The notes beneath the pieces are model-generated. The model was not told the DNA's origin and ran no database searches. It worked only from the letters and a program-made list of their open reading frames with translations. DNA of 64,000 nucleotides from Paragordius varius (taxonomy: Eukaryota; Animalia; Nematomorpha). The stretch spans positions 8,556,001 through 8,620,000 of the forward strand of contig OZ176051.1 in the NCBI GenBank assembly GCA_964247055.1. The letters run 5' to 3'. Numbering within the stretch: position 1 is the first letter of the stretch; each line of letters begins with the position of its first letter. The position numbers were made by a program, and so were the translations under genes. Shown piece after piece: positions 26,201 to 36,800 of this stretch.

Positions 26201-29200
26201 GTAGGATAAAAAGGAACTTTAGAAACGGATAAAGAAGATAAGAAGAAGAAACTTTAGAAACGGATGAAGGGGATAAGAAGAAGAAACTTTAGAAACGGAC
26301 GAAGGGGAGGATAAAAAGAAACTTTAGAAACGGATGAAGGGGAGGATAAAAAGAAACTTTAGAAACAGACGAAGGGGATAAGAAGAAGAAACTTTAGAAA
26401 CGGATGAAGGGGATAAGAAGAAGGAACTTTAGAAACGGACGAAAGGGAGGATAAAAAGGAACTTTAGAAACGGACAAAGGGGATAAGAAGAAGAAACTTT
26501 AGAAACGGATGAAGGGGATAAGAAGAAGGAACTTTAGAAACGGACGAAGGGTATAAGAAGAAGGAACTTTAGAAACGGATGAATGGGATAAGAAGAAGAA
26601 ACTTTAGAAACGGATGAAGGGGATAAGAAGAAGGAACTTTAGAAACGGACGAAGGGGAGGATAAAAAGGAACTTTAGAAACGGACAAAGGGGATAAGAAG
26701 AAGGAACTTTAGAAACGGATGAAGGGGATAAGAAGTAGGAATTTTAGAAACGGATGAAGGGGATAAGAAGAAGGAACTTTAGAAACGGACGAAGGGGATA
26801 AGAAGAACGAACTTTAGAAACGGATGAATGGGATAAGAAGAAGGAAATTTAGAAACGTATGAAGGGATAAGAAGAAGGAACTTTAGAAACAGATGAAAGG
26901 GATAAGAAGAAGGAACTTTAGAAACGGATGAATGGGATAAGAAGAAGGAACTTTAGAAACGGACGAAGAGGATAAGAAGAAGAAACTTGAGAAACGCAAG
27001 GGGATAAGAAGAATGAACTTTAGAAACGGATAAAGGGGATAAGAAGAAGGAATTTAGAAACGGATGAAAGGGATAAGAAGAAGGAATTTTAGAAACGGAT
27101 GAATGGGATAAGAAGAAGGAACTTTAGAAACGGACGAAGAGGATAAGAAGAAGAAACTTTAGAAACGGATGAAGGGGATAAGAAGAAGGAACTTTAGAAA
27201 CGGACGAAGAGGATAAGAAGAAGAAACTTTAGAAACGGACGAAGGGGATAAGAAGGAGGAAATTTAGAAACGTATGAAGGGATAAGAAGAAGGAACTTTA
27301 GAAACAGATGAAAGGGATAAGAAGAAGGAACTTTAGAAACGGATGAATGGGATAAGAAGAAGGAACTTTAGAAACGGACGAAGAGGATAAGAAGAAGAAA
27401 CTTGAGAAACGCAAGGGGATAAGGAGAAGGAACCTTAGAAACGGATGAAGGGGATAAGAAGAAGGAACTTTAGAAACGGATGAAAGGGATAAGAAGAAGG
27501 AACTTTAGAAACGGATGAATGGGATAAGAAGAAGAAACTTTAGAAACGGATGAAGGGGATAAGAAGAAGGAACTTTAGAAACGGACGAAGGGGAGGATAA
27601 AAAGGAACTTTAGAAACGGACAAAGGGGATAAGAAGAAGGAACTTTAGAAACGGATGAAGGGGATAAGAAGTAGGAATTTTAGAAACGGATGAAGGGGAT
27701 AAGAAGAGGGAACTTTAGAAACGGACGAAGGGGATAAGAAGAACGAACTTTAGAAACGGATGAATGGGATAAGAAGAAGGAACTTTAGAAACGGATGAAG
27801 GGGATAAGAAGAAGGAACTTTCGAAACCGACGAAGAGGATAAGAAGAGGAAACTTTAGAAACGGATGAAGGGGATAAGAAGAAGGAACTTTAGAAACGGA
27901 TGAATGGGATAAGAAGAAGGAACTTTAGAAACGGACGAAGGGGATAAGAAGAAGGAACTTTAGAAACGGATGAAGGGGATAAGAAGAAGGAACTTTAGAA
28001 ACGGACGAAGAGGATAAGAAGAGGAAACTTTAGAAACGGATGAAGGGGATAAGAAGAAGGAACTTTAGAAACGGACTAAGGGGATAAGAAGAAGGAACTT
28101 TAGAAACGGACGAAGGGGATAAGAAGAACGAACTTTAGAAACGGATGAATGGGATAAGAAGAAGGAACTTTTGAAACGGACGAAGGGGATAAGAAGAAGG
28201 AACTTTAGAAACGGATGAAGGGGATAAGAAGAAGAAACTTTAGAAACGCACGAAGAGGATAAGAAGAAGAAACTTTAGAAACGGATGAAGGGGATAAGAA
28301 GAAGGAACTTTAGAAACGGACGAAGAGGATAAGAAGAGGAAACTTTATAAACGGATGAAGGGGATAAGAAGAAGGAACTTTAGAAACGGACGAAGAGGAT
28401 AAGAAGAGGAAACTTTAGAAACGGATGAAGGGGATAAGAAGAAGGAACTTTAGAAACGGACGAAGGGGATAAGAAGAAGGAACTTTAGAAACGGATTAAG
28501 GGGATAAGAAGTAGGAATTTTAGAAGCGGACGAAGAGGATAAGAAGAAGAAACTTTAGAAACGGACGAAGGGGATAAGAAGAAGGAAATTTAGAAACGTA
28601 TGAAGGGATAAGAAGAAGGAACTTTAGAAACAGATGAAAGGGATAAGAAGAAGGAACTTTAGAAACGGATGAATGGGATAAGAAGAAGGAACTTTAGAAA
28701 CGGACGAAGAGGATAAGAAGAAGAAACTTGAGAAACGCAAGGGGATAAGGAGAAGGAACCTTAGAAACGGATGAAGGGGATAAGAAGAAGGAACTTTAGA
28801 AACGGATGAAAGGGATAAGAAGAAGGAACTTTAGAAACGGATGAATGGGATAAGAAGAAGAAACTTTAGAAACGGATGAAGGGGATAAGAAGAAGGAACT
28901 TTAGAAACGGACGAAGGGGAGGATAAAAAGGAACTTTAGAAACGGACAAAGGGGATAAGAAGAAGGAACTTTAGAAACGGATGAAGGGGATAAGAAGTAG
29001 GAATTTTAGAAACGGATGAAGGGGATAAGAAGAGGGAACTTTAGAAACGGACGAAGGGGATAAGAAGAACGAACTTTAGAAACGGATGAATGGGATAAGA
29101 AGAAGGAACTTTAGAAACGGATGAAGGGGATAAGAAGAAGGAACTTTCGAAACCGACGAAGAGGATAAGAAGAGGAAACTTTAGAAACGGATGAAGGGGA

Positions 29201-32100
29201 TAAGAAGAAGGAACTTTAGAAACGGATGAATGGGATAAGAAGAAGGAACTTTAGAAACGGACGAAGGGGATAAGAAGAAGGAACTTTAGAAACGGATGAA
29301 GGGGATAAGAAGAAGGAACTTTAGAAACGGACGAAGAGGATAAGAAGAGGAAACTTTAGAAACGGATGAAGGGGATAAGAAGAAGGAACTTTAGAAACGG
29401 ACTAAGGGGATAAGAAGAAGGAACTTTAGAAACGGACGAAGGGGATAAGAAGAACGAACTTTAGAAACGGATGAATGGGATAAGAAGAAGGAACTTTTGA
29501 AACGGACGAAGGGGATAAGAAGAAGGAACTTTAGAAACGGATGAAGGGGATAAGAAGAAGAAACTTTAGAAACGCACGAAGAGGATAAGAAGAAGAAACT
29601 TTAGAAACGGATGAAGGGGATAAGAAGAAGGAACTTTAGAAACGGACGAAGAGGATAAGAAGAGGAAACTTTATAAACGGATGAAGGGGATAAGAAGAAG
29701 GAACTTTAGAAACGGACGAAGAGGATAAGAAGAGGAAACTTTAGAAACGGATGAAGGGGATAAGAAGAAGGAACTTTAGAAACGGACGAAGGGGATAAGA
29801 AGAAGGAACTTTAGAAACGGATTAAGGGGATAAGAAGTAGGAATTTTAGAAGCGGACGAAGAGGATAAGAAGAAGAAACTTTAGAAACGGACGAAGGGGA
29901 TAAGAAGAAGGAAATTTAGAAACGTATGAAGGGATAAGAAGAAGGAACTTTAGAAACAGATGAAAGGGATAAGAAGAAGGAACTTTAGAAACGGATGAAT
30001 GGGATAAGAAGAAGGAACTTTAGAAACGGACGAAGAGGATAAGAAGAAGAAACTTGAGAAACGCAAGGGGATAAGAAGAAGGAACTTTAGAAACGGATGA
30101 AGGGGATAAGAAGAAGGAACTTTAGAAACGGATGAAAGGGATAAGAAGAAGGAACTTTAGAAACGGATGAATGGGATAAGAAGAAGAAACTTTAGAAACG
30201 GATGAAGGGGATAAGAAGAAGGAACTTTAGAAACGGACGAAGGGGAGGATAAAAAGGAACTTTAGAAACGGACAAAGGGGATAAGAAGAAGGAACTTTAG
30301 AAACGGATGAAGGGGATAAGAAGTAGGAATTTTAGAAACGGATGAAGGGGATAAGAAGAAGGAACTTTAGAAACGGACGAAGGGGATAAGAAGAACGAAC
30401 TTTAGAAACGGATGAATGGGATAAGAAGAAGGAAATTTAGAAACGTATGAAGGGATAAGAAGAAGGAACTTTAGAAACAGATGAAAGGGATAAGAAGAAG
30501 GAACTTTAGAAACGGATGAATGGGATAAGAAGAAGGAACTTTAGAAACGGACGAAGAGGATAAGAAGAAGAAACTTGAGAAACGCAAGGGGATAAGAAGA
30601 ATGAACTTTAGAAACGGATAAAGGGGATAAGAAGAAGGAATTTAGAAACGGATGAAAGGGATAAGAAGAAGGAATTTTAGAAACGGATGAATGGGATAAG
30701 AAGAAGGAACTTTAGAAACGGACGAAGAGGATAAGAAGAAGGAACTTTAGAAACGGATGAAGGGGATAAGAAGAAGGAACTTTAGAAACGGATGAAAAGG
30801 ATAAGAAGAAGGAACTTTAGAAACGGATGAAGGGGATACGAAGAAGGAACTTTAGAAACGGACGAAGAGGATAAGAAGATGAAACTTTAGAAACGGACGA
30901 AGGGGATAAGAAAAAAGAACTTTAGAAACGGATGAAAGGGATAAGAAGAAGGAACTTTAGAAACGGATGAAGGGGATAAGAAGAAGAAACTTTAGAAACG
31001 GATGAAAGGGATAAGAAGAAGGAACTCTAGAAATGGATGAATGGGATAAGAAGAAGCAACTTTGGAAACGAACGAAGGGGATAAGAAGAAGGTTTAGAAA
31101 CATATGAATAGGATAAGAAGAAGGAACTTTAGAAACGGATGAAGGGGATAAGAAGAAGGAACTTTAGAAACGGATGAATGCGATAAGAAGAAGGAACTTT
31201 AGAAACAGATGAAAGGCATAAGATGAAGGAACTTTAGAAACGGATGAAGGGGATAAGAAGAAGGAACTTTAGAAACGGATGAATGGGATAAGAAGAAGGA
31301 ACTTTAGAAACGGACGAAGGGGATAAGAAGAAGGAATTTTAGAAACGGACGAAGAGGATAAGAAGATGAAACTTTAGAAACGGACGAAGGGGATAAGAAA
31401 AAAGAACTTTAGAAACGGATGAAAGGGATAAGAAGAAGAAACTTTAGAAACGGATGAAGGGGATACGAAGAAGGAACTTTAGAAACGGACGAAGAGGATA
31501 AGAAGATGAAACTTTAGAAACGGACGAAGGGGATAAGAAAAAAGAACTTTAGAAACGGATGAAAGGGATAAGAAGAAGGAACTTTAGAAACGGATGAAGG
31601 GGATAAGAAGAAGAAACTTTAGAAACGGATGAAAGGGATAAGAAGAAGGAACTTTAGAAACGGATGAATGGGATAAGAAGAAGGAACTTTGGAAACGAAC
31701 GAAGGGGATAAGAAGAAGGTTTAGAAACATATGAATAGGATAAGAAGAAGGAACTTTAGAAACGGATGAAGGGGATAAGAAGAAGGAACTTTAGAAACGG
31801 ATGAATGGGATAAGAAGAAGGAAATTTAGAAACAGATGAAAGGCATAAGAAGAAGGAACTTTAGAAACGGATGAAGGGGATAAGAAGAAGGAACTTTAGA
31901 AACGGACGAAGGGGATAAGAAGAAGGAACTTTAGAAACGGATGAAGGGGATAAGAAGAAGGAACTATAGAAACGGAAAATGGATAAGAAGAAGGAACTTT
32001 AGAAACGGATGAATGGGATAAGAAGATGGAACTTTTGAAACGGACGAAGAGGATAAGAAGAAGAAACTTTAGAAACGGACGAAAGGGATAAGAAGAAGGA
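5214..32100 (+). repeat. 35-bp purine-rich satellite main array (~770 monomers) with higher-order repeats
   Basis: Continuous 35-bp period with a small set of recurrent variants and occasional 32-34-bp units. No unique spacers and no long ORF. Confidence 0.98.
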
Positions 32101-32470
32101 ACTTTATAAACGGATGAAGCGGATAAGAATGATGGAAAATTGGAAATGAATGGAAATGTGAAGCAGGATAAAAGTAACGGATGAAATAATTATGAAGAAG
32201 TATAGAAACAGAATAATAAGAAGAAGAGTGAAATTATTGGAACGGATGAAGTGGATAAGGGTTGAACCATCGTAACGGATGAAGGGGGTATGCAGAAGGC
32301 TGGAACTATAGAAACGGATATTGGATATCAATAAAGGTGAAACTATGTACCCGAATAAAGCATTTATGGAAAAGGGTGGAATTATTGATACGGATGAAGG
32401 GGATATGAAAAAGAGTGGACTTTAGAAACATAGGATAGGGATATGAATAAGAGTGGCGGATTTTTAAAAC
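32101..32470 (+). repeat. Degenerate satellite edge
   Basis: ACGGATGAAG, GGATA and TAGAAAC motifs persist with many substitutions and irregular spacing, fading out near 32,470. Confidence 0.85.
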
Positions 32471-32479
32471 GTACACAAC

Positions 32480-33360
32480 GTGTACACGCTTCTTGAGAAA
32501 GTGCTTTCAACCGATTATTTGTTTAAAAATCTCATTTTACATTTGGACTGAGGGCTAATTTAAAAAGGGTTGTGCCCCTCCACGCAATAACAATTCTTAA
32601 AGTACACTATTGAAGCTTCAGCCTACATGTTTTCCAAAAAATTGCTTTAACATCAATATTTTCTTAAAGCCCCTGGACACTAAATATTCTTAAACTTTTA
32701 ATTTTTTAAAAACTGAATGTTCCCGCACGTTTTCGGGATCGTAAGCCAAAGCCAACAATTATAAAAATCCCGCTTTTTCATAAATATGCGATATTAGGGG
32801 CTATTTTACAAGAGAACTTAATCACCCTCTCCGCTTCAAAACGTTAAAGTACATTATTGATACTAAATAAGCCCACATGTTTTTGGAAACTAAACTTAAA
32901 ATTTTGGGGACTCCATTTTTAAATAAACATGATTTTTACACGGGTGGGGAAAAATACTTAAAAAAGATAGTCACTTCGGGGCAATTAACAACAATAAAAA
33001 AAGTAAATTATTGAAACTGACTATGCCCACTCATTTTCGGTATCGTTTGCCAAACCTATAAATTCATAAGTGTAGTGTGTTACTAAACTCAAAGGCTAAT
33101 TTAAAGCAAGGGCTTAGTTCGCCGTTTATAAGACATTATAAAGAGTGTACCATTCAAACTGAATCTGCCCACGTTTTCCGAAAACATTGTTCAAATCTGA
33201 AATTTAGGGTCATCACCGGTTACACGGCGTTTGGCAAAACTTGGGGATTTAATTAAAAAGAACTTGTCACTGTCGGCGTATCACTGAATGATTAAATAAT
33301 TTTTACTTTGGAATCGAAATGGCCTCATTCGTTTTCCCCAAATCTTATTCAAACCTACAC
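32480..33360. repeat. Highly diverged ~150-bp tandem repeat (about 6 units)
   Basis: GCCCAC..GTTTTCC-like motif at ~32622, 32722, 32871, 33026, 33167, 33321. GGCTAATTTAAAAAG-like motif at ~32553, 32799, 32951, 33094, 33243. AAAGTACA(C/T)TATTGA is also repeated. Confidence 0.6.
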
Positions 33361-33821
33361 CTTTTATTAATTAATTCGAAGATTCGCCTTAGCGATTAAA
33401 GTTAAATAAAAATAGCAGCAAAGAGTTTTTGATGAGTTATACAATTTTACATATTTAAAATTTTTTAAAGGATGTGCTTTAATAGCTAAAAGCATATTTT
33501 TATATTTTGCTATCATCTTAAATACTTTTTAGGACATTCAGTTTTTAAATCTCTCCAGGGTATAAAACCACCCCAAAAGTTACTTCATTAAAATGTTAAG
33601 AAAAAATTAACTTTAATATAATTGTCCTTGACGTATTTTTTAAGAACAAATCGTACCCATGCAATATCATGATAATATCTGTACATAGAATAATCTAAAG
33701 GGGTCATAAATGCTTTTTTATGGTCGTAATATTAGTAATTTAATTTTTGCCCGATAGCAATGGATAAAAACCATATCGTAAACACCCATTCGAAATTTCA
33801 TCTGCGAGGCTCATATGTGAT

Positions 33822-36800
33822 ATGGAAAAAATCACATTGGCCGATTCTTTGGCCAATTTAAATTCCTACATAAATGTTGACACACTTTTGAAAGGCAAAC
33901 CTGTTGCTATGATAATTAATGCTGCGGCTAAATTGTTCAATAAAGCTAAAGATTATCATGAATTAGGGGATCTAGAAATGGCCTATATAACTTACATGAA
34001 GTATTTCCAATGTTTTCGGGTCGTTCAAAACTCAAAAGATTATGCCAAAAACAAGCTCTTTTATGATCAATTAATGGGATACCGCCAAATTGAATCCCTA
34101 AAAAGAGCAGAAGATTTATCCAGACTTTTGCAAGAAGAGTAATAAATATATTATAATTCTATAGATATGATAAACGAAATTGTATAAATCACACAAACGA
34201 ATTGTTAGATTATATTCAACCTGTTGAATCGAATGAATTTAATATAACCGAATGCGAAATGGATATTTTGGAAAAGCAACGAAATATTTTGGTGATTGAT
34301 ATGAGAGCAAGAAATGAATATCAGAAAAAATCTTTGGATTTTGATCCTCAAATTAATATTCCATTTGGAATATTTGATTATGAGTATATTTATATATATA
34401 TTATTAGTATTACTTCAATAGAGCTTAATGAATGGTTAGAAGATATAAATCAAAACACAACTTTGATTTGGAAAAATATAAAGACCTATCAAAATATTTT
34501 ACTTGTCGATGAGACTGGAAATCAATGTATTCCGTTAATTCATGCATTTTTGGAAAAAGTTTTGATTATTATTTGTCATATTTAAAAATATAGATTAATA
34601 TTCAACCCGAACAAAAAGTATATTATCTTAAGAACGGGTTAGAAAAATTAAAACTTTGCCCAAACATGGGTATGGTCAAAAATGCATCTGAAGTAAAAAC
34701 GAAAGAATCTCAAAAGAAATTGGATAAGAAAAAAGTTTTACCTTTAACTGAATCATCTATGCAATCTGAAGACTATATAATAGAGAATGATAAAATTGAT
34801 TTTAAAAATATTTACCCAAAAGCAGACGAATACGAGGTGGGACCTTATAACATTTGTTAAAAATGCATTATTTGATTATATGTTTTTATTGTTAGATTAC
34901 TAAAAAAGAAACAATTCACTCAAATAAAAATAAGTACGTTCAGACAAATTTAGAATCTTCTATTGATTCTCCTATCTATGCAAATAAGGTTCAAAAATAT
35001 CTAATATGTAGATTTTATATAATACTGCAACGAATATGAGATATACGCAGCAACGAGCAGGTTTATTTTTAAAATAATAATTTTATTAAATCCCTTTTTT
35101 ATGGGGATAAATTTGTCAACTTACCTATCTCTTTATTGAAAAATAGATTTTATTTTTAAATAAATATTTTAATAACATATACCTATATATTTTTCACTAA
35201 TTATTAAATATTTAAAAAATAAATTTTTATAATACTTTAATTAGGAATATTTTTATATTTGACAATTTTAACACTCACATCGTTATAAATAAAAAAAATT
35301 TGAAATAGCACATTTACATTAATTTTTTTAGCTTTCCATAAACCCTTTTTGCTGCACATTTTTGCGCACAAAAAATTAAGCTGCTGACCAATAATTCATA
35401 TATTTTTATTTTTTTGTGAAAGATATTTTTGGGGATCCGTGTATTCATAAAAAATGTTTGACTCCATATTACATTTTAATTATTCAGTCAATAGGACTCT
35501 GGCCCAAAACCCTTTGTATGACATCGCTACCATTCAACCACAACATGAGTATTATTCTTTTCAACCATTTTTAAACGTTGTATCATCCACCGTCTCACAA
35601 AATATTCACCCATATGAATCTAACTATCGTTGCACATCAAATAACTTTACAGTTCCAATTGTACGTCCCTCTCTTGAACCCCAAAAAGCGTTTTACCATT
35701 ACCATCATCACAACAACAATATTGCCGAAAGTTTTATCAATCCTCCCTTATTAACTACTGATGTTAGAAAAACAATGATGCAAAAAACACGATCAGATCC
35801 CGATTTAGTGCAAAGCGGTTGTCATTCAATCGCCCTTCCCCAATTCGTGGCGGCTAGTGATGATTTTGATTATAATGTTGGTCGTCCTATTAACATGCAT
35901 AATAATTCAAATAAACCATTGAAAGCACAATTAGCACCAAGTGGACAATATATTGATAATCTCATGAAAAGGCTAACAATGACTGCATTAATGGATGATG
36001 AATCCAATAAATCAGTGCCTGTACCGAAATCACAAGAGAAAAAAGTATATAATTTATATTATATGACATAAATAACAGAGTCACCGTTGCTTTTTTAAAT
36101 CCCTTATATTTGAAACGACCGATACCATAACCATATGATTCGATACCACTTTTGGGATTTAATTAGCGACAGATATGTAAACATACACAAAAATGTCCGT
36201 TTCCCTACTTTTTCGTTTTTTTTAAAAAAATTTGTATATGATATTAAAACATATATTATATTTCATAGGCATTTACCAATCCAATCATTCCACCTACCTA
36301 CAACCGGGAACAAAAACCTAAAGCAATGATACCCATTCTTTCACTTAATAATCATTCCAGGCCAGTGGGAAATGCCCAAAACTATGTTTGTTTAAGCGAA
36401 TCAGATGACCACTCTAATAATCATACCTCCTCAAGTTTAAATTTAAGTCAATCCACTTTAAACTCTAAAGATTTTAATGATTCTGAACTGACTGATAGCA
36501 TGCATAAAATTGGAGTTGTTTCACCTACTAACAACCCGAGTGATTTAATTCAACAAAAGCTGACACGGATTAGCAAAAACAAACAATCACTTCCTATCAT
36601 GCCTTTATCCATTTGTACGTCTGATGATAATGATATCTCAATCGACCTCGATAATGGTTTCTCTGATGACAGCCATACTCAAAGTCATAATAATAATTAT
36701 TACACAGAAATTAGGGATGAATTATCTTATAAACATTACAATAATTTTGACACAATAAATAATGGTGATAAAATTGCAAGTATATCAGACAGTTCATTAA

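Noticed and set aside
1-32100. CRISPR array (35-bp repeat is CRISPR-sized)
   Set aside because: Monomers abut with no unique spacers, there are no cas genes, the repeat is not palindromic, and the context is eukaryotic with spliceosomal introns.
1-32100. Telomeric repeat or G-quadruplex array
   Set aside because: The unit is far longer than telomerase repeats, the array is flanked by genes rather than shown to be terminal, and the single GGGG per 35 bp is too widely spaced for a canonical G4.
5214-32331. Satellite as a repetitive protein gene (ORFs 18147-18368 and 32104-32331 on minus)
   Set aside because: A 35-bp period rotates the frame and each monomer carries stops (TAG/TGA/TAA on plus, TAA on minus). 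The short ORFs arise where a variant removes one stop.
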